From assembly GCF_009834535.1 (NCBI RefSeq), contig NC_045698.1:11906001-11970000 (forward strand): a stretch of DNA of 64,000 bases. The letters are read 5' to 3'. Numbering within the stretch: position 1 is the stretch's first letter; each line of letters begins with the position of its first letter. Below, piece by piece: positions 40,901-52,199 of this stretch. This DNA is from Camelus ferus (lineage: Eukaryota). A program made the position numbers and the translations under genes. The notes under the pieces were generated by a model. The model did no database searches. It was given only the letters and a program-made list of their open reading frames with translations, and was not told the origin of the DNA.

Positions 40901-43900
40901 TATTGCTGGTCATTAGTCCTTAAATTGATTTATTTACATTCATAAGCAGCATTTAGAAATACACATTATTGAAAGTTGGCTTTTAAAATATGCCTGAAAA
41001 GGTTTCATTAGTCAACACTACGGTTTCTGACACCTGGGAGGAGAAATGTACACATTCAGTGTTTACAGCTACTCCTGTCCTGTGGCAACGACAGTGAGCC
41101 CCCGACATTAAGCACCAAGTAGAACGTGCTAAGAACAGCTCACCTTGAAGCCCCTCATCAAGAAAAACTCGTTCCAGAGCACAGTGTGCCTGTCAATGGA
41201 TGACAGCTGGGTTATGTCTGAGCTGTGATGAAGCCATAACCTGTCCATCTGTCTTTCACTACAGTAATAACTGCTTATAAGACTGTCCACTTCTACTTAA
41301 CAAATAGCCTGACACTCGATGACATTAGACAGTGAGAAAGAAAACATCTCTAAATGTAATTCTCCTAAGAAGATTAATTATATATCTCTCACAGATCCAG
41401 CAACAGATTCTTCTGGCCGGTTAGCAACTAACTGGATGTATCTTCACACCAATTTGCTCTGCAGAACTGAAGAGCAAAGGGAAGAACCCAGCTGGACCAG
41501 AGTCTTTGAAAGGAATGCTCACGGCGCCCTCTACCGGATGCTCTGTGTCACTGCCTCTGGGATCACATATGGGACCTGAAGTTACTAGATTTAAGCAATC
41601 ACAAACACCAGTTGCTTTTGAAAACCAGTTGAATGCCTACTCTACTAAATGTCGTTGATTAAATATCACTAAACTCTCCACATTAGAATCCTTCTCAAAT
41701 TAGCTTCATGTTAACATCCACGCTAACCCACATAATTGAGCATAATCCAAGACGTTTCTGAATGGTGAATTTGTTCAGACACACCCAGGTGACTGAATAC
41801 AGTACTGTAATATCACTATATGTGTTTATATAGAGAGTTCCCATTTTCTTGGTTCGTTACAAAACCCTCAAACCAGTATCGAGACACAGGAGCAAACCAA
41901 TGGACGATAAACCGTCATGTCTCAGAATCAAGACTGAGTTAAGGATGCCTGGTTTTTAAAAGCAGATGGTAAAAGTATATGTAACTGTTGTGAAGAAATT
42001 TCACAACATTGGTAGTTTCAAGCTATGCTTTTTTTGCTGTTTAAACGAATTCTATTATAAGGTCTCAGTAGTCGGTCATCTGTGAAGACGCAGGAAGGCA
42101 GTGAACGATTGATATATTTGCAGGTATCCTTCTTGGCTCTTAATCTTCTCCAGGTCACAGATGCTTTTCAGAAACTCTGGCCTTTCCCCAGAAAAAAAAA
42201 AAATGCACTCACCCACACAGTCAGATGAATCCGTGTGGCCACACTGGTGACTTTACGGCACTATGGCCTTTCCCCCAGGAGAATATGCACACACTCAGAA
42301 AAAAATGTGCACAGCATAGTTCTGAAGCCTGGGGTAAGGCAGTGTCAGGCTGTTGGTTACATCTTGCCAGAGTCTGTCTGTCTAAAAGTACAATATTCCC
42401 CAGTATTCTCACTACTTCCATGTCTCCCCCAAGCGCTGTCCTGAGGTCATCACCCACTAGCACGCCTTGGGACGTGGACCTGCGGCTGTGAGCAAGGCAA
42501 TTCACTGGGCTTCCAGGTTAATGCCACGCCACTTTCTTCTTTGACTGTATGAGGAAAAGGCAGAGCGATCTGCTGCCCGGGACGGCAGGCCAATATGATT
42601 CTCAGCCCCTGAGGGCACACTGTCACTCAGGGGGGCCCCTTCTGCCCTGCCTGTCCTGTCGTGTGGCAGCCCTGGGGAATCAACCTTGCTTTCCTTTGAA
42701 AAGTCGCCTCCAACCTTTCAGTCGCTCAGTTAACAGACATTTATGTGGCTCCTGTGTGTCTGAGACGCTGTGCTGAGATGAAAGAAGCCAGCTTTGTCCT
42801 CACAGTAACGGGGGAGACAGGCAAGCCAGCCGACAGCTTCAAAGAAGTGACAGCCAGGTCACGACAGATGTGCAAGTGTCGCAGGAGCAGAGGAGACCAC
42901 AAAGGCTGCCAGATGGGTAAGCCCGCCGTGAGCTTCAGAGGAGGAGGAGGGCAGAGGCAGCACACAAGCCAAGGCCCAGGGGAGGGAAACTGCACATGGG
43001 TGGCTGAGGGAGGAACACCAGACACCTGGGGGACCAGCAGCGGCAGAAGCGCTCCCCCTGGGAATCTCAGAAGGAAAAGAAAATAGACTGGTGTTTGTTT
43101 TCAGAAAGGCTGCTCTCGTGGTCAAGCGGAAACCAGACTGGAGATGGCCAGATGGGAGGCTTTCGTGGTGACACAGACAAATGGATAAGGGGAAAAAAAA
43201 AAGAAAAAAAATATTCAGAAGCCATTTAGGAATTCCAATTAGTCACCATCTGGCTGTGGGGGAGGGAGAGAGGGTCCTGAGAAGACACTCAGCTTGGGGC
43301 CTTGGCAAACCTAGAAAACTCAATCACTCTGGGAAAATGTGTGTTTTCTGGAGAGCTAACGGCCTTGAAGTTTCAGAAATTTTAAGTCTAGATGAAAATT
43401 TCTCTCCAATAGACTGTATTTCATAAATAGGACATGCTCATTGTTGAGCAGATTTTTGTAATCAAACATGGAAAAGTGGCTGCGAAATGCAGCCCATGGT
43501 CATAGTGATCTTGCTGCCTGCCAGAGCTGCTTTACAGGGCAGGGTCCATCTCCTTCACTTTCTCAAGGTCTCCTGCGATCTTATTCTATAGTGAAGCTGA
43601 TGAAACCCGGGACTAAACAGTCTTAAAAGAAATTATCAAACTTCTTTCTGAGGTTCTGCATTGCTAAATTTCACCAGACGAAAACGTGACTAAGTCCTCT
43701 GTGATATATTTAAGCTTGTTTAGCTACTGTGTATCATACAGGCTACAATATTCTGCTGCACTATACAGGGCCGTCTGTACCTAAGCTGGTATTCCATGTG
43801 GACAGCAGCACCTCAGGGTGACTTCTTCACGGCAGACGTCTCCACTGACAGCATGGCTGCTCCTGCCCCCACCATTACTGCAAATCTCCCAGGCTTTGAA

Positions 43901-46900
43901 AGGAAGTGGGAAAAGGGCTTCACTGAGGAGGTCCATGACCTTGGGTAAATTACTCATCCTGTGTAAGCTTTAGCTGGTTCATATGTCAAATAAGGATAAC
44001 AGAATTTAACTCAATGGCTTGTTTTAAACATAAAATAATACATCTACCTGAACACACTAATTGCTCACTAAATACCAGGAATGATTAATATCTTATTGTC
44101 TTATCATCCAATTCCTTTTCCTTTCCAAATGTGTCTTCCATAGCTGCTCCTATTCCAATCAGCTAAGCATAACACAGCAAACAGTAGTGCTTGCTTCTCA
44201 AAGTCATGGCCTTCCTCCTTCTTTTCATACCTGGGATAAAATCCCACCATTATGAATCCTGTTCCCCAAAGGAGAAGGCAGATTCAAACTCCAGCCTCCC
44301 TCTATACCCAGAACACAGACAGGAAACCTGGGTGCTGTCAATCAGATACACCCAGGCCAGACTACCACGTGCAAGTCTGAGCAACACATCAAAACAGGAG
44401 TTGGTTCAAAGGATAAGAGGAAGGTCTAGTTTAACAAGAAAAACCTGGATAGGGCCAAGAAAACTTGATAAGGAACAGAAAAGAAAAGTTTTATGCATTG
44501 AAAAGAAAAGAAATGACCGATCAAAGCATTGAGAGAGAACGGAAGTGAGAAGAATATGGATCCAATGTAAACAAAACAGGCTACACACAGCTAGTGGTGA
44601 CCTTCAGGGTCGGCCTCATCCGGGAGACACCAGCACACACTGCGAGTCATAGGTTCTCTCCCCAGTGTGGAAGGGAAGTGATGGGAACACGCCTCTCCAA
44701 TCTCAGTGGTATTTAAGATAAACGCACTTACCGGAAGGGAGACTCAGCTCCATGGTTTCAGCATCATATTCCAAGGTCTTTCCTGAGGGCAAGTCCTCAG
44801 TCTCATCAGGGTCCTCCCCCTCCTTGTGATCTGGGTAGCTACTTCTGGAGCAGTGGAATGGCATTAATACACAGAACAAGATCTCAAATTTAACTAAAAT
44901 TTGGCAAACCTACTAGATTGCCAAAGGGGTTGAGGTGAGGGGGGTTAACAGTTTTGCAGGGACTGCAATTGAAAACTTTTGGTGAGAAAATGACTTCTTA
45001 GCATTTACTCTGTAGTAAAATATGAAAGTTACCTATGAACGCAAAATGGATCACCGACTTAAATGTAAAATGCATAACTATAAAAACTCCTAGAAGATAA
45101 CATAGGGCAAATTCTAGATGACTTAGGGTTTGGTGATGACTTTTTAGGTAACGCACCAAAAGCACAGTTCATGAAAGAAAGAATGGATAAGCTGAACTTC
45201 ACTTAAATTAAAAACTTCTGCCTTGTGAAAACCAGTGCCAAGAGAACTAAACTATAAGATGCAGACTTGGAGAAAATATTTGCAGAAGACACATCTGATA
45301 AAGGAGTATTATTCAAAATACAAAACTCTTAAAACTCAACAGTAAGAAAATAAACAATTCGATTAAAAACCTTAACAGACCCCTCAATAAGATATACAGA
45401 TGGCAAACAAGCCTGTAAAGAGGTGTTCCACAGCATGTGTCACCAGAAAGACGCAAATTAAAGCAGTGAGAAACCACTACACATGTATCTGAATGGCCAA
45501 AGTCCAGAACACGGACAACACCAAATGCTGGTGAGGACGTGGAGCCACAGGGACTCTCATTCAGTGACAGCGGGAATGCAAAAGGGTAAAGCCACTTGGA
45601 ACAGTTTGGCAGTTTCTTGCAAAACTAAAGACAATCTCACCGTATAGACCCAGCAATCACGCTGCTTGATGTTTACCCTAAGGAGTCAAGAACTTCTGTC
45701 ATGGATGTTCACAGAGGATTTACCCAAATTCCTAAAACTTGGAAGCAACCAAGATGTCCTTCAACAGATGAACTGATAAATAAATAAACTATGGTGCATC
45801 CAGACAAGGAAATATTTTTGGATTATTTCAAAAAGAAATGAGCTAGCAGGCCATGAAAACACACGGAGGAAACTTAAAAGCATATTGCTAAGTGAAGAAG
45901 CCAGGCTGAAGAAGCATCTACTGTATGACTCTAATCATACAACTTTCTGGAAACGGCAAAGATACGGAGGCATGAGATAGCACTGTCTGCCAGGGGTGGA
46001 GGAGCGTGATGATCCGGCAAAACACAGAGGACTTTCAGGTCTCTGAAACTACTCTGTGTGATATTCCAAAGGCAGATACATGTCATTATATGTGCATTTG
46101 TCCAGACTCATAGAACGGACCACACCGACAGTGAACTCTGAACTACGGACTTGGAGAGTTAATTGATGGGTCAATGCAGGTTCACCTATTGCGACAAATG
46201 TCACACTGGTGCAGGATGTTGCTAATGAGGGAGGCTGTGCATGTGTGGGTGAGGGGGAACTATGGGAAATCCCTGTACCTTCTGCTCAGTTTTGCTGTGA
46301 ACCTAACATTGTTCTGAAAACCGGTGAGCAAATGACCCACCACAGAATTCTTTCCCCTAATGAGCAAATGACCCACCACAGAATTCTTTCCCCTAAGGAT
46401 TTACTCTCTCTATGAGGGTCGGCAAACAGAGAGGAAGAGGAGAACGTAGAGGTGGAGATGCGGCTCTTGGAAGTTTAACCACTGCAACAACAAGTTCTAG
46501 AACAGCGACATCCTGTAGAGCTTTCTGACACCACAGATTTCCAGTCTGTGTGCCCAATATGATACCACTCACATGTGCTTCTACCTACAGGGCTGGAAAT
46601 GAAGGTAGTGTGACTAAAGAGGTAAATTTTTACATTTTTAATTTAGCTAATTAACCAAAAGAGCAACATGAACTATATCTAGGAATTACCATATTGAACA
46701 CTGTAATTCTGGAAATGCAGAGATTCTTCTAGAACTGTTCACAAAGTCACATAGAAAAGAACTGGAGAAATGCACACTGAAGTGTGAACAGTGATGCAGA
46801 TAAGCCAACAGGAACAGATAAAAGCCTTGGACAGATACTTCAGAAGAGACGTCCAAGTAGCCAGTTAATATATAAAAAGGTTCTCAACTACACTAGTGCA

Positions 46901-49627
46901 CATCAGGGAAATGCAAATTAAAACCACAATGGATATACACTACACAGCCACCAAAGAGACTACAATGAAAAACTCTCCCTCACTACAAGTGAGAAATGAG
47001 AAATCTGGAGGAAAAGGCAAAAGGACAATTTATAAGACTAGAACTTTTCTGAACACCCATATCAGGTGGGCTCTGCACACCTGGCATGGTCATTACACAC
47101 ACCGGCTTGCACAGCACACCTGTGCTAGGTCATAGGCATCTGGACACTAGGAACCAGATGTTCCGCAGTGCCTAGCACGAATGTGTGGCATGATGTGGGA
47201 CTTAGAAAGCCGCCACCCATCCAGACTCCCTTAGGAGACAGCTTGTGATTCAAGGACTCTCAGGGAAACCAAAATGTGAAACCTCATTTCCAGGCCTCTG
47301 TTCATGAGGTCACTGGCAAAGCTGAACTTCTGACCATTGAAACCACAAAAGTAAGTTTTCAAACCAGACAAACTTCAGTTTGGCCCTGACATCTTCTCTT
47401 TATCAGGTATGTGTGTTTAACTCTGTGACACTCAGTTTCGCATCTACAACATGGCAGGAAATAACCCCCTCCTATGCAAGTGTTCTCAGAGGTACTAAGA
47501 ATCCTGCACTGGACAGAGCCAGACAAAGGTCAGGCCTGGGCGTATCTACACCACTTCAGAGCGAACGTGATGAACTCACCGCCCCCAACGTTACAAATCA
47601 CAGACTTACCTAAAATCATAGAAGTCTGCAAATTCCAAAAGAGCGTCTCCATCTGTGAAGAGCTTACAGTGACTCCTGTCATTCATGTGAGCCTGCACAG
47701 CTTCCGTGGAGTAGAAGGATTTCCCTTTCTCGTTGCACCACAAGCAAATCTTCCCGACACCAACTTTCTCTCCTGGAAAAGTAAGTTGAGGAGAAAAAGA
47801 TGAAAGCAGCTTTTTGCAGCCAGCTTACATCTCACCATCTATCCCCACAGTTCAAAAAATATGCATCAAGTTTTGGATTCTCACAAAATGAGCAGATCAT
47901 TCAATCCAAGATGGATGAGAAACACAAAACTCACGTTCTCTTAAGATCTGCCTCCCCAATACTGTGCTCATTCATTTAAAAAAGAAAAACTATTACACTT
48001 ACCCAAATATTTAATCAGTCCCTTAAGATCTGAAAGATATTCTATGTCAGGAATAAAGAAGCTGTGGACTTTGGTCATATGAGCCACATTCTTCATGAGG
48101 GAGCTTGAATGATGGGGACAAAATAAGCAGTCCGTCACGGGGATGGCGCCAACTGGGGCGCTCACTCCAGCCTCTTCCTCCTCTGCATCCTGCTCCTCCT
48201 CCTCGTCCATGGCTTCAGCATCCTCACACTCCAATTCCTCATCAGAATCAAGATCTTCCCAGTCTTCCAGCCAGAGATTTGAAAAACAGAGTTAGTTGAA
48301 GATCCCAGACTTAGTTATTAATTTACCACAGACCAGTCTGCACAGCTAAGAAATACCTCAGTCTTTCTCCAGTGCAGTTTAAACCCCTTGAAGGAGACAT
48401 GTGCTGCTTTCCTGTGCATATGTGAACACATGCAATCAGGGTTTTATGGGATGTGGGATGCAGTACAGGAAGAAAGGAAGAAACATAGCTCAGAAAATCA
48501 AGGTGGCTAGGTTGTCGGCTCCAGGCTCACATTTCAGGTTAACTAGCTGATTCTGAGCCTTTCAGTTCATTGTTTTTTCAGTTAAAGCGCAAAGCATTCA
48601 TAACTAGAAATCCAATAGAAATAGAGCTTTTACAGCTGATGGTGTATGGGTAACCTGTCCTCCAATGCATACGTTAAAAGCCTCCTCCTTCAAATCAGAA
48701 AAGGCATCCATTCATTCTATAAATTACTTATTAAGCACCTATTGCCACCACTCCCCCAACCCGGTACGTCCCCTGCCCCCCACCCACAGCCAAGGCAAAG
48801 TTTCAGTTTCTGAATCTACACCAGTTAAGTAAACAAACAAAATTACCTGTGGGGATCCTGGACACACCCTGGCTACACCAGTCACTTCAGAAAGCATCGA
48901 AACCACCCTCACTCATCACCTTCCCTTAGCTGACACCTTCCCCTAGCTGACACCTTCCCCCTCCAACCGGATGAAAAATCTAGAAAACCCGCCCCCCAGA
49001 CAACCCCTCACCATCTCCATCCAGGTCCTCTTCACTCTCCTCCTCCCTCTGCTGCTTCGCCAGCTTCTTCGCCTGCTGTTCAAACCACTGCAGCCGGGGA
49101 GGTTTCTCGGCAGGGGCTCGCTGCTGAGTCCCACGTCCTCCAGCAGCCACGGCCACGGGACTCGGGGACTCCGCCTCGGGCACAAGGGGCGCCTTCTTGG
49201 GTGACATGGACGTCTGGGCCTTGATGGCCTGCTGGATGGCCGCGTTCACCGCATCCTTGTCCACACTGTCAACGCCCAGCCCTTTCTCCAAGTTCTTTTC
49301 ATTCTTTATCTCCACTTTCTGACTCGCCGCCTTCTTCTCCAGCTCCACATGCCCCCGGGACTTGAGATGGTTTTCGTAGGCCTTGAAGGAGGCAAACTTC
49401 TTACTGCAGACGATGCAGTAGGTGGCCGCTCCCTTGCTCTCCGGCTCCGCCAGGGCCCGCTGCGCCCGCACCCGCTCCTGGAAGCCCTCGGCGCTGACCG
49501 GGGCCATGCCGGCCACTTTGCGCCTCAGGTTGTAGCGGTGCCAGTCCGTCTTGTAGTGGGCCCGCTGCGCCTCCGTGCCGTACAGCGCCACGCGGCAGGT
49601 GTTGCAGGTGTAGGTCGCCGTCGCCAT
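37794..49627 (-). CDS. ZNF622: ZNF622 (ZPR9; Rei1-family C2H2 zinc-finger pre-60S maturation factor) or a close paralogue; join of 49627-49012, 48263-48003, 47772-47610, 44844-44732, 39185-39042, 37921-37794; 474 aa
   Basis: Six exons were spliced by hand. Lengths 616+261+163+113+144+128 = 1425 nt, all introns GT..AG with compatible phases, and no internal stop. The translation has the hallmark motifs QRAHYKTDWHRYNLRRKVA, DCLFC..HMTKVHSFFIPDIEYL, ICLWCNEKGKSFYSTEAVQAHM and GHRSLMRYYKQRF. Confidence 0.95.
39042..39185 (-). CDS. ZNF622: ZNF622 exon 5
   Basis: Acceptor aaaaacag|GT. Encodes ARVGHRSLMRYYKQRFGLSRAVAVAKNQKAVGRVLQQYRALGWTGST. Donor G|GTGCGG. 144 nt. Confidence 0.94.
39652..39836. 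mobile_element. MER20 DNA transposon in ZNF622 intron 4
   Basis: cagtggttctcaaac..ccccaggggacatgtggcaatg..gtgggcagaggccagggac..gtgctgaggccgagaacccctg. Confidence 0.88.
44732..44844 (-). CDS. ZNF622: ZNF622 exon 4
   Basis: Acceptor ctgctccag|A. Encodes SSYPDHKEGEDPDETEDLPSGKTLEYDAETMELSLPS. Donor G|GTAAGT. 113 nt. Confidence 0.94.
45030..46320 (+). mobile_element. Old L1 (L1MB/MC-like) 3' portion in ZNF622 intron 3, antisense to the gene
   Basis: Decayed ORF2 and 3'UTR motifs (aaattaaaaacttctg, gagaaaatatttgca, aaacttggaagcaaccaagatgtccttca, gaaatccctgtaccttctgctcagttttgctgtgaaccta). Confidence 0.85.
46325..46396 (+). repeat. Perfect 36-nt tandem duplication
   Basis: TGAGCAAATGACCCACCACAGAATTCTTTCCCCTAA at 46325-46360 and 46361-46396. 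Confidence 0.97.
47610..47772 (-). CDS. ZNF622: ZNF622 exon 3 (zinc finger 4)
   Basis: Acceptor ttttccag|GA. Encodes EKVGVGKICLWCNEKGKSFYSTEAVQAHMNDRSHCKLFTDGDALLEFADFYDF. Donor AG|GTAAGT. 163 nt. Not in the ORF track. Confidence 0.95.
48003..48263 (-). CDS. ZNF622: ZNF622 exon 2 (acidic tract, zinc finger 3)
   Basis: Acceptor ...ctggaag|ACTGGGAAGAT. Encodes (D)WEDLDSDEELECED...DCLFCPHHSSSLMKNVAHMTKVHSFFIPDIEYLSDLKGLIKYL. Donor G|GTAAGT. 261 nt. Confidence 0.92.
48917..48961 (+). repeat. 17-nt minisatellite (~2.6 copies) near the intron 1 donor
   Basis: CACCTTCCC(T/C)TAGCTGA twice, then CACCTTCCCC. Confidence 0.9.
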
Positions 49628-49860
49628 CGCCAGGTGGGAACTTAAAGGCAACAAAGGCAGAAAGAAGACTTGGGACCAACAACCCGACCCCACAACGCAC
49701 TCACACCATAACTGGCCTCAGCGCCCTCGAAGACTGCGTACTGAGGCCCGGACGCTATGGAATTTATATAGGGCTGGTCAGGAAGTCCCGCCTCCTGACC
49801 TGTAGCCACGCCCCTACCACAGAGAGGCCCAGGAAAGCATGGGACTCCTGGCCCCGCCTA
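48980..49860. promoter_or_regulatory. CpG island over ZNF622 exon 1 and promoter
   Basis: Visibly high GC and dense CpG compared with the flanks; not computed. Confidence 0.75.
49012..49627 (-). CDS. ZNF622: ZNF622 coding exon 1 (zinc fingers 1-2, linker, start of acidic tract)
   Basis: ATG at 49627-49625 in a strong Kozak context (GCGATGG). Encodes MATATYTCNTCRV...EEDLDGD. Donor G|GTGAGG at 49011. Confidence 0.93.
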
Positions 49861-50020
49861 GGTGGGTGTTGATTGGATGGCCTGTGTGGATGGTGAGTGG
49901 AGCTGTACGAGGTGGATGTTGATTGGCTGGGGCCCAGGTGGGTGCTGATTGAGTCAACCAAGATGGGTGCGATCCTGAAGTGGGCGTTGAGTGGCACCTG
50001 TGGGAGGTGATTAGGCTGTG
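49738..50020 (-). promoter_or_regulatory. ZNF622 proximal promoter: TATA box, Inr, ETS site, GC/KLF boxes, CCAAT boxes
   Basis: On the minus strand: TATATAAA at 49770-49763 and Inr-like TCAGT with its A at 49742 (28 nt downstream). On the + strand: CAGGAAGT 49779-49786, CCCGCCTCC 49787-49795, CCACGCCC 49806-49813, GGCCCCGCCT 49850-49859, and ATTGG at 49872-49876 and 49922-49926. Confidence 0.7.
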
Positions 50021-50075
50021 AGGGCAGAGCCCTCATTATAGTATTAGTGCCCTTGTTAAAGAGACCCGGGAAAGG
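50000..50075 (+). mobile_element. Short MLT1A/MST-type MaLR LTR fragment directly upstream of the ZNF622 promoter
   Basis: tgggaggtgattaggctgtgagggcagagccctcatta..attagtgcccttgttaaagagaccc resembles the MLT1A/MST segment gggaggtgattaggtcatgagggtggagccctcatgaatgggattagtgcccttataaaagagaccc. Confidence 0.7.
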
Positions 50076-52199
50076 ATACAGTAAGAAGTCTGGGACCACG
50101 GAGACGGTCCTCACCAGACTGTGAAAAAAAAGAAAAATGAAATAAAAACTAATAACATTTGTATTTCGACTATAGGATGTGAAGTGATATATACTCATGT
50201 AACAATGTTATTCAGTAAGTAAAATATGGATTATACAGTTGAGTATCAATGAATTATTAAATAAAGACCATATTGTGTATGTGTATAGTTAATGTGCAGC
50301 TTTAAGAACAATAATACGTCGATTCTCTTCTATCCATCCTGTAAATTAAGAAATAGAACATGACCAATACCCAAGAAGCTCCCAGTTGCCTTTTCAAGTC
50401 ACATTCCCTACATATCCCCATCTGAGTTAACCCTCACTTGAATCTTTTTTTTTTATCATTTCCTTGATTAACTGTTAGCTTAGTGTGATTTTGAGCTTTA
50501 TATACCTGAAATACTGTATATAGTCTTCTGTGATTTCTTTCCTCTCAATATTATAATCCTGAGGTTCACATACAAACATGGAGTTTTTCATTCATTCATA
50601 CCCACTGCTGTTCCATTGCTTGAACACAACTCGTTTTATTTTTTTATTATCCTAATGAAAATATATTTCAAAATTACTTAAAAATAAGAAATATTCATTC
50701 GTTTGAATCATTGAAATAATAATAGAATCATTCAAAGTTTTCATTAATTTTTGTTAAAATTATATTTGCCAAAGAGTTTAATCAAATCCTAAAATACTGC
50801 TCACTATGCATAGAGAACAGAAATTTAAATCTGCATTTCTGTTGTCTTATGGTCCCATTATACTGAGTAGTAGCCTAGCCTATTGTTGCCAATTTGTAAC
50901 AAGTCTATGTTGTTCTAGAAAGGAAACCACAGTTTAATAACCATTTCAGCTTTTACTCTCTGGTACAAAATCTTTTCCCATTAAGCTGACGTATTGGCAA
51001 GACTTTGTTATAGACAGTGGCCTCCTGTATAAATACATGATAAATACTAGATAAAAGCCATGCACTTAGTGTTTCCTTTAATAGGTCTGGAATCATTTGT
51101 AGGATATGCAAATCCAGTGCTAGATTTGGTGACTGATATAAACAGTCTTGCTCAGTGATTCAAGAGTGGATAGAGTTAATGAATACATAAATTATACCTA
51201 AATGTTCCTGAGAGTTCATCTCTCACGACAGTCAGGAAATCATTTGGCCAGTGCCTGACCAATGGGCTGGCATCCGCCTGGACACCTGGCTGCTCAGCGA
51301 CTCTCCGGCAGAGAACCAGCTAAGGCTGAGAGAACAAAGAGGCAGGACAAGAAGTTACAGATTTTGTTTTTGAATTTTTGCTTTTTTAATGCTACTGCAC
51401 TCACTTAAATATAGCTTCAAATGTATATTTAAAAAAGGAAATTAAATTATTGAATTTACAAATTACCTTTGTGTTGAAAATTTAGTAAAAAGAAACAGAC
51501 ACAATTTCTGGGTAGTTGAGCATCTAAAAGCCAAAGTATTTTGATTTGTCTTAGGGCTACTGGAGTTGAACCCAGAGATCGGTCCCCCCCAGTATCCTTG
51601 CAATCATAGCTCAGATGACACTTCACTAACAATCTCTGTCCTCTACTAGACACGTTTGTTTAGTTAGTGTCATTTCCTTAGCTCTGTGGCAGTGCCTTCC
51701 ACATGGTAGGTGCTGAAAATTATCCATGAAATGAAAGAGTTTGGGGTCCCTTAACAGAGCTTGTTTGAACTGGCATATGTATATGTGAGTTAAAATTGCA
51801 AGGGTGACATGCGTGGGTTTGGATTTATGGCAGGCCTGTTCCCCTGGGCCTCTCCTAGTGTCCCATGCCAGAGCAACTGTGGCCCTGAACCATTGTCTGG
51901 CCTCTGCCCATAGGCTGCAGGCACTGAAGCAGGTTGCACAGTGGGGAAAAAAATACAAAAAGAAAAAGAAAGAAGGGGAAAAAAGAAGAAAGAAAAAGGA
52001 AAAAAAGAAACAAAACAAGAGAAAAAAAATCACAAGGGTAGGATTTGAACTTGATTTCATTGTAACTTTAGGAACTGCCCAGTATTTGTACATCTTCCTG
52101 GAGTGGTTGCTGCCAGTTTTTAGCACACTGTGGCTCCCATGGAGAAATGAGGGTGGGACCCAGAGTAAGCCTGGCACATGCACCACGTTCAAAACAAGT

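Noticed and set aside
37794..49627. ZNF622 as a processed or disabled pseudogene
   Set aside because: It has five canonical introns, an open 474-aa frame, intact zinc ligands, promoter elements and a polyA signal.
49628..49693. N-terminal extension of ZNF622 in the ORF track (MGSGCWSQ...)
   Set aside because: It starts at a GTG. Homology and Kozak context put the start at ATG 49627. The ORF's tail (GEGLSGGRVF) is intron read-through.
49349..49700. Antisense and alternative-frame ORFs over exon 1
   Set aside because: By-products of GC-rich coding sequence.
52071..52163. Plus-strand exon-like segment (ctttag|GAACTG...CCCAGA|gtaagc)
   Set aside because: It is isolated, with no partner exons or recognisable peptide; such matches arise by chance.
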